Of a stretch of DNA of 64,000 bases, positions 38,174-53,759 are shown piece by piece. The notes beneath the pieces are model-generated. The model made no database searches. It saw nothing but the letters and a program-made list of their open reading frames with translations, and was not told where the DNA came from. The translations under genes were made by a program, and so were the position numbers. Within the stretch, counting starts at the first letter, position 1. Every line of letters starts with the position of its first letter. This DNA is from Geosiphon pyriformis uo1 (lineage: Eukaryota > Fungi > Glomeromycota): the NCBI GenBank assembly GCA_016748015.1, contig JAAOMT010000727.1:96203-160202 (forward strand), written 5' to 3'.

Positions 38174-41100
38174 AAAAAAACTTTTTTCTTTTCTTTATTC
38201 CAAATTTCCAAAAAAAAAACAAAAAAATTTTTTGAAAGAAGTTTTTTACTATTCAGTATAATAAATCCAAACCATTTTTGCTTGACTATAAGGCTATTGT
38301 TGGCTTTAATATTGCCATCTTAAAGAAGTTTGTTAAGGATTTTGGTTATATTATGGATATCAAGCCTGTATTATTAAGGAAGAAAAGAAGAGGTAAGATT
38401 TTGGAAGATGATATTAAAAATAAAAAGGTTTTTTTTAAAGAGCCAATTGGTTATTTCTGGGTTTCAAAAGCTAGAAATACTACAGAATTAGATAGGATAG
38501 ACATAGAAAAAGAGTGTTTAATTAAGAAAATCAGTTTTAACTATAGTAATGGAATTGTTTTTAATAAGAAAGACACTGACCAAATGCCAAAAAGTTCATG
38601 TATTAAAACCAAGAAAGATTTGAAGAAGCCATTGAGTAAAATTAATTTTTTGAATAATGACAGTAATAATAATGTTTTGTTAAATGTTCTGTTTTTTTTT
38701 CCCCTTTCTTTGAAAAATTTGGTTAATATTCCTATCAAAAAATTATTTGCTTTGAATATAAATTTAGATAAGATGACTGAAAAATTATTTCAAAAGAAGC
38801 TTGTTGTGATTAAAAAATTGTTTTCAAAGATCAATAGTTTTGGGAGGGTCTTTATCCCCTCAAAATTTGCTGGCATTATCAGAATAATATTTACTTCTGA
38901 ATTGAGCTTAATGCAGATTATTGATAAAGCAAAAAATATGAAAATTATGATTAAACACCAATCTTAAAAAATTTAGTAAGTGCTTAAATCAGACTATGAT
39001 ATTAAAAGAAATTCCAGTTAAAACATCTATTGAAACTGTGCATGCTGTCATTTCTGAATTTGGTGTTGTTAAGTTGATCAAAATACAGCTAGTGAAAATG
39101 TGACAAAAGACTGTAGTAGAGTTTAACTAATTAGATTAGGCTAATTTGATCACAGCAAAGTGGTCTATCTTAATTGGAAAAGATGCTATATATGTTGTTA
39201 GGTCTAATAAAGACAAAAAATCATAGAATAAAAGAGATAATTATAGAGCATTGCTCTATACTTTGCCAATAGAGACCAATGCACATAATATTTAAGATAA
39301 TATTAGCTTAGTAGATGAGAAAACCTATATTATCGACCATTATCCAGTTATCTATGCTTGGATTAAGTGTGTAGTTGTTTATTTTAACTTTGCAGCTTCT
39401 TTAGATGCTGTTATAGGGACTATACTAGTATTTAGAAATATCAATCTATGTTGGTCTTATTTAAGCTCTGTTAAATGTGCCAAGTGTGGAAAATTGGGTC
39501 ATATATTATTAGATTGTGCTTTAAGTAAAAAAAATTCTTTTGGCATTTTTTATTAAAGAGTGCTGTCAAATAAAAATAAAAGCAGACTGGCATCTATTTA
39601 TGCCAAATATTTAGCACTAATTGCTCATTTTGTTTTTTTTGGTGGTGTTTCTTAGACAAAAATTGTTGGTAGACTTTCTTTTCTTTTACTTTCTACACAT
39701 GTTGGTTTGGCTGACTCTGGTTTTTTTTCAGAGATAAAATCTATCCTGCTGGTTGTTAATGAGTTAAAATTATGTTTGATTAATATTAAAAGCAGTCTTA
39801 TCAGCTTTTAGAATAAATTAGTGAGTTGGCTAAAAGATTGAAGTTACTTATGCCAACAGTTTTTCAGTCTAGTCCTGGATGTCAGCTGTTGGTCATTCCC
39901 TTATTACAAAATTAGATGGGCAATATAGTAATGAGAAAAGACTCAGGTAAAGCCATTGATAATAAGACTGCTATGGTTTTGGGCTTGTCTGCCTCTCCTA
40001 ATATATTTAAATTAAAAAATATATTGAAGGTTCTCTCTGCCTTAGTGTTATTTTTATTAGCTCATTTTGATGGTTTGGTTTTGGCTAATGATACACTTTC
40101 TCAACCTCCTTCTCAATAAGTAATTTAGTGTAAAAAATTACCACATGTAATATTAAAGAGATAAACAATTTTGCAAAGCAAAAAGATATTATCTGTTGAC
40201 ATTTAGATTCTAAGAATAATATTTTAATTGTTACTAAAACTAAGCTTTGCTCTAATATTAGACTCTAAATTGCAGATAGATTTTCTAGTGTTAAGATATT
40301 TACTTCTGGTTTAGATTCTGAATTTTTGAAAGCTAACATTGCTGTAATTATGAGTGTTTATTTGGTAAAACATGTCTTAAAGGTGTTTGAAATTCTGAGT
40401 AAACTGTTATCAATCCAATTATTGTTCAAAAATAAACAATCTGTTTCTGTATTGAATTTATATGCTAAAGCTTTTCTTAACAAACATCTATTTTTGGCTA
40501 ATTGGATCAACTTTTTTATTGTTCAAGCTTGTAACAAGAGTACTTTTGTTATATTAAGGGGTGATTTCAATAAAAATAATTCAAAGAGGAGTATCAGTTT
40601 CAAGAAGTATGTAAATTTAGGTTTAATTAACTCTATAATTAGAAGCTTATATGTCAAGACTCCTATGTGGAAGAATTCTAAAAATATAGAAAAGACTATT
40701 AATTACATTTTTATTTTGCAAAATTAAACAAATTAGTTGTAAATGTGAATGAATTTTTCAATACCAATTACAGTTTTGTTTAAGTTTCAATTGGTCTTAA
40801 AGGCATTTTGGATCCAAATTTAAGAGCTGTTTGTATTCAAGCCAATAAGAATAGGTGGAATTATAATTTTAAAAATGCAGATAATATTAAGTGGAAATAA
40901 TTCAAAAATTCAATCTGCAATAATATGGCCATGTTTACTAACAAGTTTTTTAATTATCTCTATTTTTCTGACTTGGATAGCATATGGAATGTCATTCATA
41001 AGATTGTTTGTCTTTTAGCCATTAAAGTTTTTTCGAAGTTTTGATTTAAGAATTATAATAATGTTTTTACAAAAGAATTTTCTTACTTTTACCAATTAGA

Positions 41101-44100
41101 ACTTTTAATATCTAAACTGGTTAGAGCTTCTTATTTGGCCTTTTGTAATGTGTTTTTATTGCTACTAGATACATAAAGCAGTCTTAATACTATTAATACC
41201 TCTGTGGTGAAATCTTTGTTTTTTATAAAGTTTTATTTTAACATTATTAGGTTGATTCTGGCTAGGATTAGGAAATTGTACCACTCTTCTAAAATGTTAG
41301 AATTAAAACATGTTAAGAAAACTTAGATTAAATTAATGATTAATAAAAGAATAGAGAGTTTTAAAGTAGACAAGAGTCACACCATCAGAAGCATTTTGAA
41401 GTGGCCATTTTGTAAAGTTGTGTTGGAATATCTGGTTGTTAATAACAAACTGATTTTGAAATCTGATCTGGTTAAGGCCAAAGTGGATAAGATTATGGAG
41501 GGCTGAATTAGAAAGCATAGAGTGATTGCTAATATTTTAATAAATTGGTTTTATCAATATTAGCTGTTGGATTATGTTTTTGATGATGTTTTTTCAGATG
41601 TGATGTGTCTGATTACTTTCAATAAACTTTTTAGTATTGTTTCTAATCTGTTTAATAATAAAACTACTGGTTTTTTTGGTATATTCAACAAACTTTTAAA
41701 GCATTGTGACAATTCGATTTTGAATAGGCTTTTGGTGCTTTTGAACTCTTGTTTGTTTTGTGAATTAGTATTCAATTTTTGGAAGAAGGATTGGGTCTCA
41801 ATAATTCCCAAATCTTACAAGTGAGAAAAAGTTCTCACAAATACCTGTTTTATTACTTTAATTAAGACTGCTTATAAAATTCTCACCAAAATTTTTTTTG
41901 ACAAGATCTCTTTTGCTTACAACTCTTTTAACATTCTTTGTGGAATCAATTTTTTAGTTTTAAAAGATATAATAATACAATTTTTTATTTTTGCCATTGG
42001 TTTGGCAATCAAAGATACTTTAGAAAAAAATTGTAAATTATGGCTTGTTCTACAAAACATGTAAAAGACCTATGATTTTGTTAGTTGAAAGCATTTTAGA
42101 AAAAATCTGGTCAAGATAAAAATATGTGGCAGATTCATTTGGTTTTTTAGTAGTATCTACAATAATTGTGTTAATAGAATTATAATAAATTTTGGGTTGA
42201 TAAAAGAATATTGTGTGCATGATAGTTTGGATCAAGAAAAAGTGTTTTTATCTTTTCTTTGGTGCATATTTTACAATTCTTTTTTATGTGAAGTCAAGAA
42301 ACAAAAGAATACATGTAAGTATAGACTGAATTCTTATTTGTAGTCAGATCTAGTCGTGCAGAATCAGGTGCTGGGCTGTTTTTTTTTCTTGCTGCTAATG
42401 CTTTTATTGATGACATGATCTGAATTGGTTTTAGTTAAAATATTACACAACACATCCTCAATATTGCTAATAAATTTTTTTGGATCAATGATATTTCTAT
42501 TAATAATGACAAAATAATGGTCATTCTTATCAATTGCAAATTGGTAGTTCTTTTTTTATCAATCAGTGACACACTTATTTCTATTGCTAAGAGAGGAAAA
42601 TCTTATTGTTATCTGGGTATTTTTTTATTCACTGAGAGCTTATCAAAGCTTAGTATGGCTAAGGTATATTTAAATATGCAATTTTTTGCCAATCTTGTTC
42701 TGAGAAAAGCCATCTTAAATAAACAGTTTTCTTATTTGGTATTGGCAGTTTTTCAACTTATTGTTTATTACAGGATGCAATTCAGCTTTATTTCTGTCAA
42801 TGTTTGTAATAAATGGGATACAATAATTTGTAAAGACTTAAAGTTAAAATCCTTTGTCTTTCAATTTCTCTAATAATATACTCTACCACTCTTCTTTCTA
42901 TGGCTTAAAAACTTTTGAACAGGTTTAAACTGAAAGCAAATTGGCATTTTTTGTAAACTTTGTAAACTTAAATGGAATATTGGGTTATTTGTTTGCATAC
43001 AGATCTCATAACTTGCAGATTTAATGCTGAAGTGCATGCCATCTTTTGAGCTTTTCAGCTCATTTTAAGATCAGTCTTTCTAATAATTTCTTGGCTAGTG
43101 TGGTTTGTATTTTTGTTGTGTATAATTTATCAAATAATCCTATGGACAACTTTTTTTATTTTCAGAATAGAACTCCCATGTCTACTATTCTGAATGAGTC
43201 TAAATTTTTTAAGTTTTTCCTTTTACTTTGATAATATGGTATTGTTTTTGTGAACCAATTTTATTGTTGAAATGGTGCAGTTTTTAATTGGAAAATCTTC
43301 AAATAGTAGAAAAAATTAGACTTTTATGGTCTTATTTCTAATTGGTTTAAGATATTTGTTAACTTTTTTAATGGTGTGGCTTCTCATTTTATCTGCTTCT
43401 TCTCTGTGAATGATGTGAAACCTACAAATATTTTAAAGTCTTATGATTTCAGGTTAATTCATGATTATTTGTTAGATGTTAATACTAATAGCTTGTTTAT
43501 CTATATAGATAGTTCTTTGAAAAACTTGAGAACAGTTAACATAAATGTTGAGACTGCAGCTTTTTTTGAGAATATTGGCTTGAATTTAAGTATCAGAATT
43601 TTTGGTTTGATGTCTTTAACTTTGGTGAAATTGCAGGCTATAATATTGGCTCTCAAATATGTTTTCTCACTCAACTTAATTTATTTGTACATGAACAGTT
43701 AGATAGCTTTGAATGTATGTAAATCAGAATTAAGTTTAGTGTGTTTTGATTTTTGGAATTAGTATTGAATCAAATACTAACACATTAGGAAAGTTATTTG
43801 TAGTAAGAATTTGAGAATTAACTGGCTTAAAATCAAAGATTACTCAGATGTTCTGGATAATGAGCATGCTAACACACTTGTTAATGCCATATCTTTTTCT
43901 AATTGGTACCTTTTTTTCTATTTGAAAGAATGTTCTTTAGTAGCTGAAAATTATGCTGTTTTAAGTAATTTTAGACATTTTGTTTATAACATCTTTTGAT
44001 CTGTTTATTATATACACTAAGAGGTTGGCTCTGGCTCTAGATTCTTGAATTGTAGTTTGCATTCAGACATTGATTAGCATACTTTATCTTTGATATGACA

Positions 44101-44905
44101 TTCCGATTTGTATATGGCTACTGGTTTTACTAGTAAGTCTATTGCTAAAGCTTATATTTATTTCATGAAAGCCTTTTATCATCAGCTCTCCATTGCAGTT
44201 TAGAAGCACCTATATAACAGATATTATTCTAGTGTGCTGTGTTTATATTGTAAGAATGTTGAGGTTTTGGCCATGTTTTTTCTTGCATAATTAATGCTTC
44301 TGTTCACTGTTATTTGTTAAATATCCATACAGATTTCTGAAGAATATTTTCTGGTGTTTTTCACTCCTTTTTATGCATATCTCAACTGTTGTTTTTCTGT
44401 TTTTCTGATATCACAGTTTATATAATTCTCTTCAAAAACTTTGTTTTTAATGATTAATACCAGAAAGCTGCTGTTGTCTTTAGTAATTTCAAGACCACAG
44501 ATTGTAAAATTGTAAACTTTGTGCATGATTTCTGTTTTAGGAATGAGATTTAGTTGGTTTGTGCCAAGCATTATACTTTTTTAAAAAAGAATGGGCTAAT
44601 TTCACATAATAATTTAATTTTCACTCTCATTTTTAAGTTGTTTTTGGTGCTTTCTACTAGTATAGTTAGACTGTATAGTATTACTAAGACTTTTGGTGTT
44701 AGTTTTGGTTTATATAAGTTTTGTTTATTTTTTTTAGGAATTGGAAACACTATTTCAGTTCATATAAATGTTTAATATTGTCCTAATTGGTCTTAATGAC
44801 TGGTTATATGTAAAAAATACATAATTTATACTTTGTTTAGATTACTTATATGATATATAATGCTAAATAGTATTTAAATTCACTTGTTAAACTAATAAAA
44901 AAAAA
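38174..44905 (+). mobile_element. LINE-5: full-length, decayed LINE (ORF1 to 40119, ORF2 40116-44775)
   Basis: All ORF1/ORF2 motifs including AFIDD and YIDS(G)SL; poly(A); TSD AAAACTATTT at 38164-38173 and 44906-44915. Confidence 0.9.
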
Positions 44906-45754
44906 AAAACTATTTGTTTTTATTTTATTTAAGTATTTAACAATTTTTTATTTAAATAATTATTTAATTTTTTATTTTAAACATATTTATATATTTAAGT
45001 TCAATAACTTTTACATTAATATTAAATATATTTTACAAAATTATTTATTATTTATTTTTATTTTTATTATTAATTTAATATTTTTATTATTTAAAAGACA
45101 TATTATAGTTTTGTAAATTTTTAAACAACAAAATAATAATTTTAACTATTTTTAATAAAAAATAATTTAAATTATTAAACACTAATAAATTTAATAAATT
45201 TATTAAAATCAATTTTTATAAGTAAAATTTTAAAAATAATATTTTTACAAATATAATTTTTATTATTTTTAATAATTTTTTTGTTATTTATTTACTTAAA
45301 TTTATAATATAAAAATAATTTTTTTTTATAAAGTTGTAAAATTAATTTTTTTTAATTGCATAAATAATTATTTATATTTACTACAATAATCAAAAAAATA
45401 TAATTTAAAAAACAAAAATAATATAAACTTTATTAAACTTAATTTTTGTCTTTTTATTTAATTTGTTTTTTTTAAATAAATTTATATTATTTAAAATATT
45501 TTTTTTAATCAAATTTATTTAAAAACTTTTTTTAAAAATAAAATAATAAAATTAATTAGCTTTTATATTTAATAATATTTAAATATTCTACTTTTATTTT
45601 TAATTTTAATTTTAATTTAATTTATTTTTATATTATTATTTTTATCTTTAAAATAAATATAAATTTAATCTTATCTTAATAATATTTTTTAATTTAATTT
45701 TTAATAAAAATAAACTTTTTTAATTATTTTTTTTTAATAAACACTATTATTATT

Positions 45755-47171
45755 AAAAAACTTCTTTATTTTTTTTATTTCAAATTTTCAAAAAAGAGTC
45801 AAAAAGTTTTCTGAAAAAAGTTTTTTACTATTTAGTATGATAAATCCAAACTGTTTTTGCTTGATTACAAGATTATTGTTGGCTATAGTATTGCTATTAT
45901 AAAGAAATCTATTAAAGACTTTGGTTTTAGTACTAATAGCAAAGATGTTGTTTTTAGAAAAAAGAAAAAAAAAGTGCTTTGAAAGATAATACTGCTCAAG
46001 GGCTAGTTTCTACTAAGAAAATAGTTGGAAGTTCTTAGAGCTTTAAAGTTAATAATACAATAAAATCTGATAGTATTGATATAGAAAATGAGTTTCTAGT
46101 AGAGAAAACCAGTTTGAATTATGCTGAAAAAAGTGTGTTTAATAAAAAAAACTTCAGCTAAATGCTGAAAAAACTAAAATTAATAACCAAAAAAGCTTTG
46201 AATACACTTTTGGGAAAAATTGACTTCTTAAATAATAATAATAATAATAATATTTTTTTAGATGCTTCTATGGTTTTTTTTCTGCCACTTAAAAATCTAG
46301 TCAATATGTTTGTTAGAAAGTTATATGTCTTGGATATTAGTCTGAATAATGTTGTTAAAAAGTTATTTTTAAAAGTCAATGGTTTTGGAAAGACATTTAT
46401 TCTTTTAAAATTTGCTAAGATCATTAGAACAACTTTTATTTCCAAATCAAATTTAATGCAGATTACTGAAAAGATTAAGAATGTAAAAATTTTGGTAAAC
46501 ACTAATTTCAAAAAATCTGTTAGGCATTCAAATTAGGCTGTAATTGTGAAAAAACTTCCAATTAGGATGTCAATTAAGGCTGTACATACTGTGCTGTCCA
46601 AGTTTAAAATAATTAAGTTAATTAATATGCAATTGGTAAGACTATAACAAAAGGCTGTAATAGAATTTAAGCAATTAAAGCATGCTGATTTGGTTGTGAT
46701 TAAATGGTCTGTTGTAATTGAAAAAAATGTTGTGTGTATTACTAAAACTAATAAAAATAAGAAATCTTGAAATACAAGGGATTGTAATAAAATACTGCTG
46801 TATACTCTGTTAATAAATACCAATGTACATAATATTTGGAATTATATTATTTTAGTAGATGAGAAGACATGTGTTATTAAATATTATTTGGTTATATATA
46901 TTTAGACCAGATATATAGTTGTTTGCTTTAACTCTGTTAATTATTGGATACTGCTATAATAATCACATCAGTGCTAAGAAGCACCAATTTATGCTGGTTT
47001 TATCTAGAATCTGTTAGATGTACAAAGTGTAGGAATTTGGGTCATATATCTTTAAACTGTTCTATAGGTAAGAATTATTCCTTTGGCTGTTCTTTTCATA
47101 AGACATTATCAAATTCAGATAAAAGCTAATTGGTTGTTATCTATACTAAACACTCAATATTTGTTGTTTAT
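45755..47171 (+). mobile_element. LINE-6: 5' UTR and ORF1, cut off by Gypsy C
   Basis: 5' end matches LINE-1 and LINE-5; VNGFG and CTKCRNLGHISLNC; sequence switches to an LTR terminus at 47172. Confidence 0.85.
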
Positions 47172-50100
47172 TATTACAGGTAATTATTTGGAGTGTTGAT
47201 ACAAATAACAAACTCATAACTTGGTGTTCAATAGTTGAATTATATTAGTAATCTCTGAAGGTTTTTGTATCTAAAGGTTTTGAGTTGGAATCTTTTGTAT
47301 AATAGACAGAAATTTAATAGTTGTTTTTAGTAGTCTTTTAAAATATTGATTCTATCAAATTTTTTTCTTTAGCATTATTACTGGAGGTTTTTGGTCTCTT
47401 TTCTTGAATGTTGTTAATATCTGTTTGTTGTAAATTCACGTTTTTTTAGAAGTAGTTAGATTTTCAATAACTGAATTTATCTTTAAATTATTTTCTATAA
47501 TTTAAACTGCTGGGCTTATAAGTGGAATGGCCAATTCTATGCCAGTTACTTTGTGTAGTTACATTGTAGTAAATGTCAACTCTTTCTTAAGAATTGCTCA
47601 TCTAGAAGCTTATTAAAATGTGTAGTTACTTTGCTGTGAAAATCAACTTTTCTACAGGAATCTTGTTTATAGACTACCTAAATGATTATGATAAAAAAAT
47701 AAAAGAAATATAAAAGAAATGAAATTTTGTCAAGGGAAATGTTTTCTATTCAGATCTGGAGTCACTAACAGTTTATTGAAATTGGTAGCTAATCAATTTC
47801 AAAATATTAGTTGTGTTAAGAAAATTTTAAGTATAATAATTTAAGGATTTTGGTTTTTGAATATTTAATTTTTATTTGATTTGGTAAAAAGTAATTTGTT
47901 CTAATTAAGATATCTAAAGTAAAATACTATGGTAAGATATGAGAAAATACATTTTTTTGAAAAGAGAAGCTCTTTTTTTATACAACTTGTCGTAGTACTA
48001 GTCTTTGAACTTGCATTTTTCTCTTTGCTCTAATTTCAACAAACTAAAGCTATATTTTGGCAAACTACAAGTTATTTCACTGAACTATTGATTATTTCGG
48101 CCAATTTTTCATTAATTTCGGCGAATTTTGACTATGTTAAATGGTTTAGGGTATTGTGTAATCTGATCATTTTAATTTCTATGATACAAATTGGGTTATT
48201 GATTAAATAATAATAATTGCTAATTTGATTAAATAATAAGTAATAATTGAAATAGTAATCATATATGCTAATTAATAATAGAAATTATAAGAGTGATTTT
48301 ATGCTAATTAATAGCTAAAATTTTACTGGTAACAGTATAATGGCCAGTTTATTCTGGCAGTTGTACTCTTTTGATAAGCTCTCTATTAAGTTATAAATTT
48401 TATACTCTTATTTTTGGGTCTTTTACCAGGTTATTCTTGACATCAATTACTTAGTATTTAATCTTTTAAATTAGTTAGTAAACAACAAACAACAAAAGAG
48501 ATAAAAAAAAATAAAGAAATAAAAGAAAATAAAAGAAAAAGAAGAAATTAGTATCTCATTAATAGCTATGATCAAGAATTATTGTTTCAATGTAATTAAG
48601 GATTGAATTCTATTAACATAGAGTATAAATAGAATAGAAATGATTAATATTTTTTAATTAAGTAATGATAACAAGAATTCAAGTAGTAATTAATAATTTA
48701 TTGATATATAATATGGATTTTAAATTGCTTCTAACTGTGTTTCTTAATTGGATATTTTAGTTGTGAGTTTTAGCTATAGATTTTGTTTTTTCTGCTTCTA
48801 ATATTCTTGCTATATATACATAATTGATGTTTTATGAGATCTTATACATTTATGAACAATGTGTTATAATTTCTTGAACAATGTTCACATTGCTAAGAAA
48901 TATGCTTTAATCTACTAATATTGCTTATATTGCTAAGCAATATGTCTTAATCTACTAACATTGCTCACATTGCTAAGTAATGTGCTATCATTTATTAGTA
49001 ATATGTATATGTGTTCAATATTATCTTTTTTTAGTCTATTTTTCTTATCTGTTTTTTTTATTATTTCTCTTGTACTCTTTTTTATAAATAATATTATCTT
49101 CTTTTTTTTAATATTGAGTTCTATTAAAAGCTTTATTTTGTATTAATTTTATTACTTTTTTTTCTAATACTATTTGTTCAATTCTGGTTTTTATGTCTTC
49201 TACTTATAAGTTGTTTATTCTTTCTTACTGGTTAATGATTATTGTTTTCATTTTTGGGTGTAGTAGTATTTCTAAATAATTTTGAAATATAGTATATAGC
49301 CAATAGATTATTCTAATATAAAGTAATAAATTTGTTTTCTTTTTAATAAAGTCTTTAATTTGCTGTATTATTTCTTGATTGAATATTCTTTTAGATTTAT
49401 CAATATATAGTTTTTGAATATTTAACTTTTGTTTCTATTGATAGTAATAGTATAGTATTGGAAGTTGTTCTGTTCAGTGTTTTTAACTTTTTTTTATTAG
49501 CTTCTCTATTAGAACAATTATAAATATTTTTCCAAAAGTATTTTTTACTTTTTCTATTATTTTATCTGATTAATGTTTTGTTAAATTTAGTAGTTACTGA
49601 TATAGTATATTTCTTGCTTTTCTTTTTTTTTGGTGTTCTGATAGCAGATTGTTTGATGGTTGATAACAAGTTCTATATCCAATTGTTGTTAATTTATAGC
49701 TTGGAATAATTGTTGAACTTTTGAATAGATGTGGTCTAGAATTTTCCATTTTTTTGTTGTTGTTTTTGTCACATATATTGTGTCTTTTTATATTATTTTG
49801 GTTAATCACTTTGATGTGTTTGTATTAATGATTATAATTGGTTTCAGATTTTATGAAATTTCATCTGGTTAGACTAGTATTTGTTGTGATTCCAGTTATA
49901 AAATATTACTAATAAATAATGATACTATATTGTAATATGGTTTTAATTAATTTCTATATGTTGCTTTAGCTAAAATTTTGTTGTCTCATTTTAGTTTATA
50001 AGCTCTATTTTTTAGAATTTCTTCAATATGAAATAGTCTATTCTATTTGAGATCAAATTTTCTATTCTATTGTTTTTCTGCTTTGGTATAATATAATAAT

Positions 50101-50510
50101 ACTTTGTTTCCAATTCTAAATTTAACTGGTTTATTTGGAAATTGGTTATTATGTTGTTTTTTTTGTTTTTTTTGTGATCTTTGAATATTATTAGCTGTTT
50201 TTTGTCTTTTGTTTTCTAAAATTTTTATTAGTTTATATTTTTTTTTAGCAATGTTCTTTGTAAAATGGCTTCTGTTATTGGTTTTTTTGGATATGTGTTA
50301 ATGTTTATCTTAACTGGTAATGTTGTTGTTCTACTAAAAACAAGTTTAAATGGTGTTGCTTATATAATATCTTGTTTCATTGTTTAATAAGCAAATAGTA
50401 CTGATAATATAAACAAATCTTATTTATCCTGGTTTTTTTGGCTGATTTTGCCTATTGTTTTATACAATGTTCTGTTAAACTTTTTAACTAAGCCATTTGT
50501 TTATAGATAA
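47172..50510 (-). mobile_element. Ty3/Gypsy element C, 3' part (integrase C-terminal half, ORF3, PPT, 3' LTR 49093-47172 containing a gag-derived insert)
   Basis: Reverse complement is colinear with 58220-59630. The LTR starts at 49093 after a purine tract and its terminus is at 47172. Confidence 0.8.
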
Positions 50511-51441
50511 TATTATATTTAGAAAAATAATAATAATACATAATCAAAAAAAGAGAAAAACACATAATTATAAATTAGCTAATTAGAATAGAGAAAAAAA
50601 AAAGAAAATTTTTTAGGAAATTTTGGATGTTTTAGGAAATCCAGAATTATTCAGAAAATCTAAGATATTTCAGAAAAGTTGAGAATTTTTGAGAAAATTC
50701 TGGAAGTTTCAGGAAATCAAAAATTTTGCAGGAAATTTAGCAAAGAAAAAAGATTTCTCATGTAAAAAAAATTATGTATATATAACAGTAATATTAGAAA
50801 CAAGAAAAGCATCTATCCCAGAATAAAAATCTTTATCCCTACTTATTTATTAATCACTTTAAAGATAGTTATTATTAACAGAAGTAAAATCATCAAATAT
50901 CAAATAAAATATACTTGTTATTATCTAATCTATGTTATTGTTATTTGTTTGAGAATCTAATTACTATTTTTTTTATTAACACTCCATGTTGATAAAATTT
51001 AACACTTAATTACACTGAAACAATAGCTTTTAATTATGGCTATTGACAAGATACTAATCTTTAATTGTCTTGGCTTATTTTTTTATTTTTTCTTAATTTC
51101 TTTTATTTCTTTTATTTTGTTTTCTTTGTTGTTCTACTAATCAATTGAAAATTAAGCACTGAATTATTGACATCAAGGATTGCCTGGTAAAAGACCTCTG
51201 TAAGTGGGTAAAACATATAAAAAATACAGATTGCTTACCAAAAAAATACAGGCCACTAAGCTAAGAAAAAAATTGACAGAATTGCAATTCTGAGAAGCTA
51301 TGGATAAACACTACTTGAATTTTTGTCTATTATACAAAGAACTCAACCAAAACCTTTAGATATTACCAACTGTATAGGCTATTGAGCATCAAGTTATGGG
51401 ATTGTTATTTGTTTTAAAATTCCAAATAATCAACTATAACA
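50511..51441 (+). repeat. 5' LTR of Gypsy D
   Basis: Direct repeat of 59630-60554; ends TAACA followed by PBS TTTGGTG. Confidence 0.92.
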
Positions 51442-51504
51442 TTTGGTGTTTCTTATAAGATATAATTTTACAGAGAATCTGTATCAACAAACAACCATTC
51501 AAAA

Positions 51505-53700
51505 GTGGCAGAATCAGAAAGAATAGGAACAAACCATTTAGTATTTGCCAAATTTTTATTTCAAAACTACTGCCAATACTTGGAATTAATTAACAATCAT
51601 CTATTAGCCGAATTAGCCTTTAATTTTTATGTTAACAAAAGAATCTTATATTTTCTAGGAGCACAAATAGATACTAAGTCAGCAAGAAGAAATTTTTACA
51701 ATAAACTAATTCAAAACACCAGCCTACCAATAAATCATAATTTTGCATCAATTATTACTAAAATCAATCAAAAAATTGAAAATTACACTCAACATAGATA
51801 TTCAATTATCTATGCAAACAAGAGCAAGAGAAAACTACAAACACCAGCAATAATACTACAGAAAATACAACTATTTACTTGAAAGAAAACAAGAATTGAA
51901 TCACCAATTAATCTATCATACCACTATACATCAAGAAGTGCTATTAATATCATATTAACAGGTACATCTACAGCAAATGCAAAAATACCATTAGCCTGAA
52001 TCCCATTTCAGAGTAAACAAGCAAAAACTAATTTATTAAGAACTTATGTTTAATACTTTAAAGAATTCAATTTGTGATCACCAACACTATCAGAAATTTA
52101 ATCACTGCCATATCAACTTGATTTCGGAATCATTAGTCCTTAGAAAATAATGAAATCAAAAAAAGAAGAAGATAATAATTAGAAATTTAATTATCAAAAC
52201 CCAATTACAGAAAACCAGGAAACTGAAACTCTAATTGTTTAAACTCAGCCAAATCAGAACAATCCAAACTCCACAATTATTAATCAGTAGAACTTATATT
52301 CAGTAATTATAATCTATCTACCATTAGCTACTGCATCACCACTACAACCACAACTTTAACAACAACCACTTTAACAACAATTATCAATTACACCAATAGC
52401 ATTTACCCTAATAGTGAAACTTGAAAAATTCACCAGCGAAGAAGATGACACTCAAGCTTGGATAAATGATGTCGCCAAAGCAATTATGGTTAATAATTGA
52501 GACAACAACAGAGCCCTTTAGGCAATCCCATATTTTTTGCAAGATACTGCTGACTTGTAGTATTAGAGCTTGGTCCAGAAACCCCAAATATTTAATGTGT
52601 TTTAGAATTTCTAAGATACTTCAGTAATAATAACAGCATCAATTACTTAACCAATATCTTTACTACTATTAAACAAGGAAATACTAAAGCAGTTACTATC
52701 TATCTAGGACACTTCTACAGAAATCTGTAACAAATTCAAGCCATTGATGCCAATTATTTTACAATGACTCAAATCTTAAATCAATTCATTCACAGATTAT
52801 GCAGCAGCATTTTTTAACACATATGTCTATTACATCCAGCTGACTTTTAAGCTGCCATCACTCATGTCAGAAACTTTGAATCAGCTGAACTCAAAACCAA
52901 CTATGTCCAAGCCATGAATTTAATAATAAATGAATTATTTGACTTGGATTTCAAATTGAAGCAGTTTAGTGATTCAATCAATCAGAAATTAGAGAAATAC
53001 TTAGCTAACAATCAGGCAATTTATCAATCTTCACAATAATGTAATAATTCAAGAAACTTAAATTGTTTTCAAAATCAGACATGTTTATTTTCATCAACCA
53101 ATCAATTATGGCAATTAGAGATGCATGTTTGCTACAATTGTGGTAAACAAAGTCACATTAAAGTTAGCTGCTGAGTTTATATCAATAATGCATAATTAAG
53201 AAATCAATATTAAAACCCCAATCACAGGTTTCAAACTTCAAGTTATTATCCAAATTAGGATTAGTACCAATCTAATTACATCCAAATGATGTAGCAATCA
53301 ATATACATATCTTCAATTTATCAACTGGCAACACCCATAATATATTAATTACCACAGTCACAACTAATTTATTAAACCCAACCCATTTAGACACTGCCAC
53401 AAATGACTGTGCCCAATGAAAATCAGAGATGAGAACCATTCAACAAAACTGAAGATCAGTAATAGTTGTTTATCAACCAATTTTTAGCATATTCCAACAA
53501 CTCTCAAAATTGTGTCCAAGAAATTTAGGAACTGGATATGCCTAAAACCCAAGTTCTTAGAACTATTTAAGTTTTCTAGTTACCCTAAAAGACACCTTAT
53601 CCAACAACTTAGAAACCAATTAGAAACCATTCACTAACAACATTCTACTAACAACTATTACCAATAACAATTCATTAACAGCTATCTTTCCCTTTAGATT
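51505..53700 (+). pseudogene. gag: gag (capsid-like domain, CCHC knuckle)
   Basis: KLEKFTSEEDDTQAWINDV...IPYFLQDTA; CYNCGKQSHIKVSC near 53130-53170. The 3' boundary is approximate. Confidence 0.8.
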
Positions 53701-53759
53701 CGAGAAACAATTTGAAATGTCTTTTTTTAGTAGTGCTGCTCTTGAAAAAAACTCATAAT

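Noticed and set aside
51442-51460. Assigning the PBS to a specific tRNA (TGGTGCT could fit tRNA-Ile)
   Set aside because: Too mutated, and host tRNAs are not available to compare.
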